Shown piece by piece: positions 25,413-36,870 of a stretch of DNA of 64,000 nt. Made by a program: the position numbers and the translations under genes. Within the stretch, counting starts at the first letter, position 1, and each line of letters starts with the position of its first letter. This DNA comes from Neoechinorhynchus agilis (Eukaryota; Animalia; Acanthocephala): the NCBI GenBank assembly GCA_051530055.1, contig CM121341.1, positions 1,950,734 through 2,014,733 on the forward strand, read 5' to 3'. The notes under the pieces were generated by a model that did no database searches, was not told the origin of the DNA, and worked only from the letters and a program-made list of their open reading frames with translations.

Positions 25413-26009
25413 TTAGTTTCGTCTTTTCGATATTAATGTTTGTACTTCTTGCATCAGTCGATCCACGTCCTTTTCGATTTCTTCAATGAAAACATTTCCT
25501 TTTTGATCGAAATAATTCGCCACACTCCGCCTCATTTTCCCTACATTATCCTTTTGCGGCCACCACTGTCTCTGATTTCCCAATCGATCAAGAAGGACGT
25601 CAAGTTCGTAGATATGATCGTATTTCTTTATTCGCGATCTGAACGTGAGTTCGTGATGGAAGGGCGACTCACATCGCAGCTGAACAAAGCATCCACGTTC
25701 AACGAAGAACATAAAGGCGGTGAGTACGGCCATTACTGCGAAGTAGCTCGGAACACACACGAGAAGGGCAATTTTGCTTTCTGGATAAGGATGGAGTTTA
25801 TCGTAAAGAAGACCAGATCCAGAGAAACAGACGCAAATGAACGAAAGGAAAAGACGCGTGTCCATTATCGAATGACGTAGAGTGGTCTTTGAACGGCGTC
25901 TCACAATCTCCCGGATACAATCATCAAGTCTATTCCGAAGAGCAGTCGAATCCCAAACGTCAACCGGACTCGATAATATATCCTTCTGCTCAGATTGCAA
26001 TAAAGACAT
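25413..26009 (-). CDS. SPCS2: Signal peptidase complex subunit 2 (SPC25), intronless
   Basis: 'VDVWDSTALRNRLDD', 'DTRLFLSFICV', 'YPESK..L.VCV.SYF.VMAVLT', 'SVANYFD..G'. Confidence 0.9.
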   Translation of the reverse strand: MSLLQSEQKDILSSPVDVWDSTALRNRLDDCIREIVRRRSKTTLRHSIMDTRLFLSFICVCFSGSGLLYDKLHPYPESKIALLVCVPSYFAVMAVLTAFMFFVERGCFVQLRCESPFHHELTFRSRIKKYDHIYELDVLLDRLGNQRQWWPQKDNVGKMRRSVANYFDQKGNVFIEEIEKDVDRLMQEVQTLISKRRN

Positions 26010-26199
26010 TTTTTAGGAACATAAAAAAGCATGAAATTCTGCTTGCGAGGATTTGCATCCGGAAGAATCATAAAGGTGCCTTGGTAGATTCTTCCGGGTG
26101 ATAAATTTAAAGATGACGTACGGTAACTGAACATCGAGAAGGGCGTTCACATCTGCACAAGCCGTGCAACGGAAATCTTTTTTCGAAATATTTTTGAAC

Positions 26200-26420
26200 T
26201 TAACAAAAAATATGTACTCCTCGCTCGATGGGCATCAATATATTTTCATCCCGATTACGGTGGAAACACTGGGATGTCTCGGAAAAGAAGCCGATTATTT
26301 CCTATTCTGACTGGGAGGGATGCTAAAACATGTCATCGGCGATATGCGATCCAGCAGCTTCCTGTTGCAGCGAATCAGCGCGGCAATGCCGCGGTCATCA
26401 AGGAAGCTGCCGAACAAACA
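26200..26420 (+). mobile_element. CRE-clade 3' fragment
   Basis: 'YIFIPITVETLGCLGKEADYF' and 'SSFLLQRISA'; a stretch of about 60 nt is identical to 56406-56463. Confidence 0.75.
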
Positions 26421-27506
26421 TAACATTTGAAGAAAACGAAACTATGTTCATTCATTTGACTATCTTCGACGATATTATTCATAAGCGTTCACTGTTTTCT
26501 TCAGTGATTTTGCATAGAAATCTATAATCAAAAGAAGTTTATGGAACCCATTTTAAAAAAAGGTGAATTTGTTCCGGCATTAAAATACGAATTTTATTAA
26601 GAGTTGTACAAAAAAGAAACAATCATCTAGAGAAAACACTTCGGCGTGATAACGGAGCTGTGTAGTGATTATAATCCAGCCCGGGATAAAACTTTTTTTA
26701 TTAGATCCGCCGATTGGGATTATGATCACCATACATCGCCAACGAATAAGGAAGATCATGGAGAGAAAATCCATCAGAATGATAGAGTTGGAAAAATTTC
26801 CCGTTGACATAAGGCGAGGCTTATCATCCGGGGAACGTTATTGGGATCACCACATCTTGTTGATAAAAGGTGATTTTATTGGTAAAAGAATATACGACCT
26901 AAACGTGGGTCTTCTTCAGATCTAAAAATAATATATGGAGAATTTATGTAATCCTCATTTTGAGGATATAATCAGGCTTGTTGCCTTCCATTGTTTCGTT
27001 ATTTTTGATATAGACAGTTTCAGTTATGATATGAGTGTATCGGTCGTCGCTACGGCCCAATATTTTTGTGTCATTAAAATCGATTGAGTGTCCTGTGTTA
27101 TCTACGTGATTTACTATCGCAGAATTTTTATCTTGCCTCCTCAGTGCGTATTTGTGTTCATAAGTTCTGCGAGCAACATAATTCGTTTGTCCTGACCTGT
27201 TGCATGTGGTGGGTCACCCTTCGCAGAACTTATGAAAGCATTGGGGGTCTTTTGTTGTTTGGTGTAAGTTATTGCTTTAATTCCTTTTAGTCGATACGCA
27301 TTCACTATTTTTGAGTTCAAATTACTGTGCCATTTTTCATTTACATAAGGGATGTTTATGTATCGTTTTTCCTCATTAGATCTCGGTTTTGATCTTCTAT
27401 TCCAGTAACTCATGCCTTGAATGCAGCGTGTAATTTGTTTCTGAGGATGTCCACTATTTTTAAAAAGATTTTTTAAAAATTCGATTTCATTATTCAAAGA
27501 AATTTC

Positions 27507-27835
27507 TTATGAAGATTGACCAGCCGGTAACTTATATCGGTGTGTAGCCTATTATGACACGGCTGTTAATTTTATTCCGTAGTTGTGTCGAGGTGGTCAA
27601 GTGGATTAATGCTCCAGATCCCACATAAAAGGTCAACGGATTCGAATCCGTCGCCACCAATGACGCACAGCCAAAAGGGACGAAATACCCCTGAATGGGG
27701 AAACTCACTGATGAGTCCCGCCTCCCGGACGTATCTGAGGACCCGGAGGAATGTACAAACTCGTACCGAATGGTTCAGTGTTTTGAGTAATTGAATTACT
27801 TCTCTGAACCAGGTCGGTAAGCTGTGTGCCCAAAA
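27507..27835 (+). mobile_element. tRNA-Leu-derived SINE-like element carrying a hammerhead ribozyme
   Basis: 11-bp TSD AAAGAAATTTC (27496-27506 and 27836-27846). Removing the insert restores the Penelope frame (CSNEIS-LNNEIE). A box TGGTCAAGTGG at 27594, B-box-like GGATTCGAATCC at 27638, short A tail. Confidence 0.85.
27677..27739 (+). ncRNA. Hammerhead ribozyme, non-circularly permuted; predicted cleavage after C27735 (AUC)
   Basis: CTGATGA 27708-27714 and GAAA 27682-27685. Stem II GGGAC/GTCCC, stem III ATAC/GTAT and stem I CTCA/TGAG are all perfect Watson-Crick pairs. Confidence 0.75.
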
Positions 27836-28399
27836 AAAGAAATTTCGTTCGAGCAGTACATGTTCGCTCTTCTAAAAAGAGCTGTCATTCTGCTAATTTT
27901 ATATTTTATGGGTTGTGCTGATATCCATGGGACTGGATAGTTAGGGCTATCGGGTGTTCTATTAACACTAGTTTCGAAGGCTACCCCTTTCTTAACACAT
28001 ACGTCCAAAAATGGAAGAGATTTTTCTTTTTTCATATCAATGCTCCATTGGATTGCAGAGTCATTTTTATTTAAGTGGTTACAAAGTAAATCACTAGTGA
28101 TTGAACTATCCACAATCAGAAATGTGTCATCCACATATCGTAACCACATTTTAAAGAAGGTAAATCAGGTACATTTTTATCTTCCCAATTTCTCATACAT
28201 ATTTCAGCTAATATTGGTGCAATCGGACTACCCATAGAGCCGCGCGTGATCTTGAAATGTGATTTCAAAATGCATTCAACACATTTCATCGAGCAGATTT
28301 GCTCGAAATAGTTAGAGATCACACACCAAAAGTATATCGCTATTTTGTTAATGCCTAATGGGACTCCAACACCCTTATTGTTCAATAACCACGTTTAGT

Positions 28400-29850
28400 G
28401 GTCAGAAAGAGGAGTTCAACAAAGGGATCCTTTGGGCCAAATAGCCTTCTCCCTCGCAGTCAATCCCGTCGCACACTCTTTCTAGTCCAGCTTTAACGGC
28501 TGGTACCTGGACGATGCCACGCTCGGAGGTAACCCCTCTGTTGTATTGCACGATTTGGAGACGTCCGTGAAGGAGGCGGCGAGCATTGGCATTGAATTGA
28601 ATGCTGCGAGATTTTAGTGATGAACTTGCAAACTATCGTGAGCGATTTTCAGAACCTGGCCCCCGAGATAGAATTGATCACTCTAGATCGGTCGAGTCTT
28701 CTAGGAAGTTGCATTTTGGGTTCTAATGTTGAAGCAGAGATTGCCAATCTTCAACCTTAACTTTCGGTTTTGCGCGAACGAGTTCAAGAATTATCTTAAC
28801 ACGAGGCTCTGTTCCCGATGAAGAACACCCTCTTCATTCCAAAATTAGGCGAGACGATAAAACTAAGTTGTCGGATGAGGCCTGGCGTCAAGCTTCCTTG
28901 CCTGTGTCGTCCGGCGGTTTGGGTATCCGAAAAGCAGCCAATATTTCTCTGCCTGCTTATTTGGGATCGTATGAGGCAAGCCGCAAAATATTTCAATCCA
29001 TTCTTGGCGAAAATTATACTTTGGAGGTCGATCTCGTGGCGGCTCTTAATCTTTGGTGGGAAGATTTCGGTAGCGAACAGGTCCTCGTCATTGGTTGCAA
29101 ACAATCAGTTTGTGACTCAACCCTGGTAGCGAGAATTCATAACTCTCTAATTTAAGATTCTCGTGATCTGCCGAACCGAACTCGATTGGCGGGTGCTTGG
29201 CTCAACGCTATCCCAATCGCTTCGGTGGGTATCCTTCTCTCCGACGAGAAAGAAAGGATTGCAGTGTCCCTGAGACTTGGGGTACCGATGTGCACATTTC
29301 ATCGCTGCCGTTGCGGAGCGACCGTGGAACCATCGGGACGCCATGGTTTCGTCTGCCGGCAATCAGGCGAATTGGTACTCACGACACGCCGAAGTGAACG
29401 CAATTCTCTTAGTCGTGTCCTGAATACTGTGAATGCGCCCAACGACCTAGAGCCGAGCAATCTTTGCCGACTCGTTGGCCGTAAAGGAAAATGCCGTCTT
29501 TAGGACGCCACATTCGTGGACACGCTCGCAGCTAGTGACATAAAATTTGCGACCATTAAACCAGGGGGAGCATCAGCCGCTGGACCGCAAACAGATTAAA
29601 TACAGGGACCTGGGTCGAAATCATTATTTTGTTCCCTTCGGCGTCGAGACACTCGGGTAGTTTGGTACCGCGATGCAGGACCTGGCCAAGCAATTTCCTA
29701 AGAGATTGAGAAGAATCCCTGGCGATCCGAGATCAGGAGCATTCCTCCTACAAAACATAAGTCGGGCTGTGCAAAACGGACGAATGCTGCATCCATCCTT
29801 TCGACCATTACACCAGGACGGCAGCTGAGTCATCCAGAGCGGTGATTTTA
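28400..29850 (+). mobile_element. Degenerate CRE-clade non-LTR retrotransposon (RT core to 3' end)
   Basis: 'GVQQ.DPLG', 'WYLDDATLGG', 'PVSSGGLGIR', 'WLNAIP', 'FHRCRCG..GRHGFVC', 'FVPFGVETLG'. Many frameshifts and stops. Confidence 0.88.
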
Positions 29851-30014
29851 ATGATTTCTGCTCCGATATTCTAAAGGTTCTCAAATTAAATTTGGCGACA
29901 CTTTTCAGGTTGCGCTTGAATTTCTAAAAAAACAAGCGCTATTCAATCGTCATGGTAACATAGTTATAAAGATCAAATCGATGCTCCAAATTCCAGGACT
30001 GATAATTTGAACAG

Positions 30015-33000
30015 ATGATGTCAACTACTCTTTCTCGACGTAAACTATATTCGGCTCATTTGCCGGACATTATCATTGGAGGCGGAATGCCAAAACAAAT
30101 ACCATTCAAAGTGGATCACTTGGGCGCTGTGATGTTCTCCGACGTTTCCGGATTCACGGCCATGTCTCAGCGATACGCATCAAGTCCACATTTTAACGTG
30201 GACGACATGGCAAGCGATTTTAATGATTATCTTCGAGAGATAACAACCGTAGTTCTCCAACACGGTGGTGATATCTATAAATTCGCCGGCGATGCCATCT
30301 TAGTACTTTGGAATGCGTCTAAACGGTCTTCTCGGCACAATTTCCAGTTTTGTGTTCGACGAGCATTGGATTGCGCTTTAACTCTCCAGAAAAGATTCTG
30401 CAATCGTCCTACGATGGTTGGAACCGAATTAAGTATAAAATCGGGAATATCTTATGGTCAATACACTTGCTATGTGTTGCGTTGCAAAAATCCGGTATAT
30501 ACTGGAAAAATGGAAGATGATCGTGTTGCGAGATGGCTCCGGGGAGGTTATATCGATTCCAATTATTACGTTTGTTATGGCGATGCTATCAATCACTCGA
30601 ACGATTGCGAACATATGTGCGAATGTCAAGACATTGTGATTGACATTCGAGTATGGCGAGCCGCTGAACTGGACAACAGTTACTACGGTGAAGTGATTAT
30701 GGACGATGCGCAACGGAAATTCATTCTTGTCAAAGGATACACTGAAACTATTTCGAATGAGAGTCGATTCTGGCCTTTTGAGAATGTAATAGAGCGTGCA
30801 GTTCTCAAAAACCTTAAATATGGAGAAACTGATTTTGATTACCATTACGACTTCATAATAAAGCCAGTTAGAAAACAGTTGACTGGAAATAATACATGGG
30901 AGCTAATGTCCGAACTTCGACACCTCACGATTGTATTCATCCAAATTGAAACTCGTGAACTTGACACTGATGGACTGATGCAATTACTCCAATCGGTTGT
31001 ATCGACGATTTATACTTTGATTGTTGATTTCGGCGGTTTATTAACCAAGGTATTGATGTTCGACAAAGGACTTAGTTTTCTATGTGCATTTGGATTACCG
31101 GCGAGTAGTAAACCGAATCAAGAGGAACGTGGTTTAAAATTTGCAGCTTATGCTCATGAAAAGCTTAGCTCTAAGGAATTCGAGGTTATTCTCAGTAGAT
31201 CGGTCGGTGTGACCAGTGGTGTTTGTTTTTGTGGCATTGTCGGCAATCACGAACGTTGTGAGTATACTGTGATTGGACGCGAAGTGAATCTCGCTGCGAG
31301 ATTAATGGTCGCGTATCCAAATATTGTCTCATGTGATAGAACAACTTTCTATAAGTCGCGAATGATTGAATCTCAATTTGAAATACTCCCTGAAAAATTT
31401 TTAAAAGGTCTCGATGATATCGGAACTATAAGGCAATTCAAGAAAACGATGACTACACAAAAGTCGATCGATTTTTCAGCTAGAAAAATCTCGTCTGCGT
31501 TTCCAATTGTTGGACGGGAAGACGATTTAGCTAATTTATATAAGATTATCACTAGACAACTGACTTGTAAGCAAGCGAACAAAAGGGATTTTGTTGCATT
31601 GGTCGGAGCAAGTGGAATCGGTATTACGCGTTTTCTGCTGCATGCAAAAGAAAATATTGAGGATTCCTTGCGAAAACTTAATGTGAATACGATGATAATT
31701 CAGCCGATGCTCGAACGACGATATGAATTCGGATGGGTCATTCGATCAATGATTAATAACATTTTTGATCTAAATGGAATGGATTCAGCTTCCAGAATGT
31801 CTTTTATAAGAAAAGTAATAGATCACAAGTATGAACATAATCTTTTCCTCTTAAATGATGTATTTCAAACCAATTTCCGTAAGCCGATGATGGCGGAGAA
31901 CTTTAATGCGGAAATACTTCTTCATCTTTTAAAAAAGATGTTCATGGATGGTCCTAAATTCAGAAAAGTATCAATGCTCATAAGCTCGCATTTGTACGTT
32001 GGAGAAAATCCCGAAATTTTAATTTCCACTTGCAAAAAAACTGCGCTGTACAATTTTTAATTGAACATTTTTACTCTTTTTATTAAATTTGCGGTGAACA
32101 TTATGTTTTTTTGTCTCACTTTATAATCATTTTACACCTTAAATTCTCACGCGCTTGAAATATTTTGAGCGTATAAATATTTTATAAGACTTAGAGATTG
32201 GATTGAACCTTATAACAAAATTTTATTAATTTTGTAAAAATATATTTATTATTCAAAAGCAAACGGGCCAAGTAACCCAAACGTGCACATTTCCTTGTTG
32301 AGCATTGATCCTACAGAAATGAACCTCTAAAGGATTGTAAATTCGTAATTTTCGTTGATAATCTTGAGTTGGTAGACCGATTCAGTCTCAGAATAATGGA
32401 ATTAATCGGATGCATTCGAAATCTAGTTATTATTGTTGCGTGCTATAGTGGAAATAAATTAGTTATGGATTCACTTGGAACACTTTTTTCACAAAGAATG
32501 CGGTTCAAGAAAATGAACATTTCTAAAATTGCAAGTCGATACGATACAACTCTTGCTTGCCAACTTTTAAGAGTATGTCGGATTCCAACTGCGGTAGAGG
32601 ATATCTTGGAGGAACGAGGTGAAGGTATTCCTGTTCAAATTGAACAAATCCTATACGAGTTGTTGATGAGTGGTTGCGTTAAAATCGTGCCGAAAACAAC
32701 GGATAGTATGAATTTCAGTGAACCAATTCCAGAACTCATGATTTCAATAAATGGCGATTTATTTCATCAAAGTCGAGAACTGACACTGATTCCAGGGAAG
32801 GAGGATACTTTGAATAAACAAGGACAACGCCACCATTCAAATCTGATGGTAACATTTGATCGATTGAGCGGTCACTCTCAAAGGATTTTAAAAATAAGTG
32901 CAATGATTGGCTACAGGTTTGAGGTATCAGCCGTAAAATACGTTTTAAGAGATAACGAATACGAGAATATCAGAACTGGGTTTAGAGAGCTTTTTAGCCA

Positions 33001-35478
33001 GGGATTTGTAACCTGTGCTTATGCCAAAAACCAGCGGAAAAAGAATACGATAACGGCTACAATTGATAGCGATGGTCATGAAAAGGAGATTACTGTGAGC
33101 AATTACGTGGATGAAATGACTGAAACTGATCAATCAGACATTGAACTACATGGAATGTATAATTCGGACAGCGACGATGACTCTTTTCAAGCGAGGTTTG
33201 CGGGTCGGTGTTACTGCTCTTTAAATAAAACCGGAGATATATTCTATTGCATATTAATGAGATTTAGACCACTTGACGCACTGCGGATTGCCGAAGGATA
33301 TATTGTAAATTGTCAATATGTCTACTATCGATATTGGATTTCACGATCGTAGACATGCTGCATAAAGGAATTTCGAGCATATATAACAAAAGGCTTAATT
33401 GAGTTCTATGAGAATAATGACTACGCTTGTTACGAATCATGCAATGATAATGTTCATCCGGACAATCGTTTCTATCGAAGGCCTCCTAAAAAAAGATTTT
33501 TTGAACTAAACAGAAGTTTTGAAGTTCGTTACAGAACGATAGTGAAGAAAATCGAAAAACGAGTAGAAAAAGGCATCAGTGTGTTTCCAAGAGATATTGT
33601 AAAATTTATAACGTCGCAAGAAAGCATAAAATCAATTTTTGACATCGGTGAAGAGTTCATAGTTGACGCCATTGAGGACATCGAGGATTATGTCGTTCTC
33701 CGGTCTCATGGCAAACCAAAACAAAATTTTAAGCCTATTTACTATGTTCCACTTCTTGACAAAGTGCGACCGGAACCCCGGTTGAAATTTCATAAGCACG
33801 ACTCTAAAAATCCTCGTCGAATAAACATCAATTATTTGAGATACAGGGAAAAGGAATTGCTTGAAGACGAGACCGCGGTATTCGATTACCGTCGTTGCAG
33901 ATGTAACACTAACGTTACAAATGGATATAGCCGCCTAATGGATTTAACTTTTGATAACCCGGATGCACATAAAGCATTTTATTACAATTTCCACAGTGCA
34001 CTCATTCAGTTTGATCGATATGGATTCTATGATGGAGTTGTTACCTTGGAATCAATCGATTTGAAAACAATAGAGAAATTCCAAAAGTTTATCGTTCTCT
34101 ATTTATTCGCCAGATATTCAGTCTCTATGCGTTATATGGAGAAGGGAATTCAACAATGCGATAATGCGATCGCTATGTACGCGAGGATTGATATTTCCGA
34201 TTTTCGTTCGTTTCGAACTGTCCATCAAATCGTTAGACGATGGGCGGATGATGATTTTGACGGAGATTCTGATGAATTTTTATTTGTTGTGTCGTCCATT
34301 TTACTTGAAAGGAGTATTGGGGAATGTCTAAAAGTGTTGATTGATTTTTCGCATTAAGCCTTTATATGACTTTTGGCACTCCTCAAATAAAGCATTTTAT
34401 TCCCTTGGACAGTTAGTGCGCTCGATACGAGATGCCAAGACTTCACTGTGGTTGAGGCAACTAATACCAGAATCAAAAGTCACTTTACTTGAACCATTGA
34501 ACGTTCTTTTACAGTGTTATATGTTGACCAATGAACACAACGAGATAAATGTCGTTCTTCCTCTATCTATTGAAATCGGTAATCTTGGTATTAGAAAGGC
34601 TTCTTGTCTTCAAACCGCTATTCAATGTTTCTGGCTAATCTCTCAATATCAAATTACCATCGGTGAAACCGTTGAAGCGGGAGTCAATCTCGATAAGATC
34701 CTCTCAGTTCTGTTTGATATAAACTACGAAATGCCGATGTTGCGAGATTTAATCACTAATCGAGCAATTGTTCATCTTCTCAATTTGAACGTTGACAAAA
34801 TTAAAGATTCGATGAAATTGTTTCAAAGACTTCGATCAGGTGGGGAATTCCTTGCTTTGATTTACGGTACGGATATCCTCCTCAATGTTGTTTGCTGCCC
34901 GACGCATGAAATGGAGCAATTACTGTCAAATCTTTTTCGTGAAGATATTATAAGCGCTGCTGCTTTATGTGGATTGGGAACTGATTTATCAGATGCCGAA
35001 CAACAAAAAATAACTGCATAAATTGCGGATTCTCATCATTTAAATCGTTTCGTTATGAGAATCCACGATGGACACAATGATAATGACTTTAGAAATAATG
35101 GCATACGTTCAGAAACCACTCAAATTTTCAGGATCTGTTGAAATAATGTTTGTTCTCTCAGTCGGGCACTTTTATTCAATTCGCCAATTCGATTTCGTAG
35201 ATTCATATTACTTGGCAAAACTTACGGTTATTCAATACAAGTGCGGATTTTTCAAAGTCAACAAATGTCCGGATCTCTTGTTAATTCTGTTAAATATTGC
35301 TAAGACTAATCGCATATTCTATCCAATAATCAAAGTCTGTTTAGCTTACAAGACATACCACGAGGGACATAAGAACAAAGCTTTGATGCATTTGCAATCT
35401 GCAGACTTGTTCGGAACGACCCAAACGATTCCATGTATTGCCAAAGCAATTTCTGATGCTTACAAATACATTGGTTAA
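30015..35478 (+). CDS. ADCY10: Soluble adenylyl cyclase (two cyclase domains, P-loop/STAND region, long C-terminal region)
   Basis: 'FSDVSGFTAM', 'KFAGDAIL', 'MFDKGLSFLCAFGLP', 'EYTVIGREVNLAARLM'. Predicted canonical introns 31968-32332, 33305-33352 and 34334-34412; the last junction (about 35017-35059) is unresolved. Confidence 0.88.
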
Positions 35479-35769
35479 TTAATAGATACTTTCCATCACC
35501 GCTACGTTGATGGTATTTTTGACGAGTTAAATAAATCTTAAATTCTTTAATTTTACTTGAACTAAGAGTCTTTTATGGAATGCGGCGTGTATTCAAGTGA
35601 AAAGATAATTGGATTTTAATGGATCTTCTTGAGATCGATTTTTAGAACGCAATAAGCTTTTATTTAAAATTAAAAATTAAAGTACACGACTATTCAATTA
35701 AGGCTTTAAGTATAACCCGGCGCAGATCTACAAAAATGCAAGAAAATAATTTTTGAACTCGAAAAGTAC

Positions 35770-36005
35770 AAATTAATGGCTTTCGCGTCTAATTGGAATT
35801 TATTGTGGATCAATATTGTTCCTTCTGTCTTTTTAAAGACAGGAAAGCACCAATTAATGGCTTTCGCGTCTAATTGGAATTTATTGTGGATCAATATTGT
35901 TCCTTCTGTCTTTTTAAAGACAGGAAAGCACCAATTAATGGCTTTCGCGTCTAATTGGAATTTATTGTGGATCAATATTGTTCCTTCTGTCTTTTTAAAG
36001 ACAGG
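35770..36005. repeat. Tandem repeat, 81-bp unit, about 2.9 near-identical copies
   Basis: AATTAATGGCTTTCGCG at 35771, 35852 and 35933; the unit contains the palindrome CTGTCTTTTTAAAGACAG. Confidence 0.95.
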
Positions 36006-36684
36006 GATCATACTAAGCAATATTTGTTTTTCGCAACTTTATAATGTTCAAAGTAAAACTCGCAAAATAAAATGCGTAAAACTTTAGCTAGAATTGAACA
36101 GCAACATCCCGACGAATTGAAGTAAAAATTCTGCGATTAAACTCAATTTGCCGACTTGAACGCGATGAGTAAAAATTCCTCACGAAAAAAGAACTTTCGG
36201 CGAGCAATTTTTATGAGCATCTTCTAAAGCTCGAAATTCTTGTTCTTGAGAATAATCGATTAAAAGCGAAATGTTTTCTTAAAATTGGAAACATTAAAAG
36301 GCGGAATGTTCTGTATTTATCGAATAACTTAATGCAAAAATTAGAATTTCTTTATTGTAGTTCAGATGGCAAATTCCTTTATTTTGTACAAATGAATCAA
36401 TCGGCAAATTTAATAAATCTTAAAGTTACAAAAGCTGCTTACCTGCAAGACTACCGATTTGTTTCATCAGGATTTTTAGCTTCCTGATTCAAACGATTCG
36501 TAGTTTTGTGGCGGAAAAATGCAAGTAGTCGGTTTTGAACTTTTTACGCGAATGAAATCTTTTTTGCTTTGGCATTATGAACGAGAAATGCGAAATTCCA
36601 CCAACTGGAAATAACCGGAAATGCGTTATGGCGCAGTCTTTATTTTTATCTTAAAATTGACTAAGTACTCTAGAGAAATAGGAT

Positions 36685-36870
36685 TTGGAAATGTCGGTGA
36701 ACTTGGTAAATTTGGACATTTCGTACAATTCAATCGTTTATGTTCACGAAAGCGCATTTTACTGTCTTAAGAGTTTGACCGTTCTAAATTTTAAAGGCAA
36801 TAAATTACTCAAACTTCTTCATCGCGTCCTAATAGCCATGAGATTTTTCTGTTTTTCTCGTGGATCGTGA
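36685..36870 (+). pseudogene. Isolated leucine-rich-repeat fragment
   Basis: 'LVNLDISYNSIVYVHESAFYCLKSLTVLNFKGNKL' contains two LxxLxLxxNxL repeats. No complete gene structure was found around it. Confidence 0.5.

Larger units (their letters stand above)
26945..28390 (-). mobile_element. Degenerate Penelope-like element (RT + GIY-YIG endonuclease), interrupted by a SINE-like insertion
   Basis: 'GSMGSPIAPILAEI', 'WLRYVDDTF', 'LPFLDV', 'IPYV'. After a frameshift the frame reads 'RRTYEHKYALRRQDKNSAIVNHVDNTGHSIDFNDTKIL', a Penelope GIY-YIG signature. Confidence 0.9.

Noticed and set aside
33305-33352. In-frame TAG in ADCY10 suggesting stop-codon readthrough
   Set aside because: A canonical 48-nt intron (ATT|GTAAAT...CGTAG|ACA) removes it in phase.
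34334-34412. Apparent +1 frameshift in ADCY10
   Set aside because: Resolved by a plausible canonical 79-nt intron (AAA|GTGTTG...CCCTTGGACAG|TTA); a homopolymer error is also possible.
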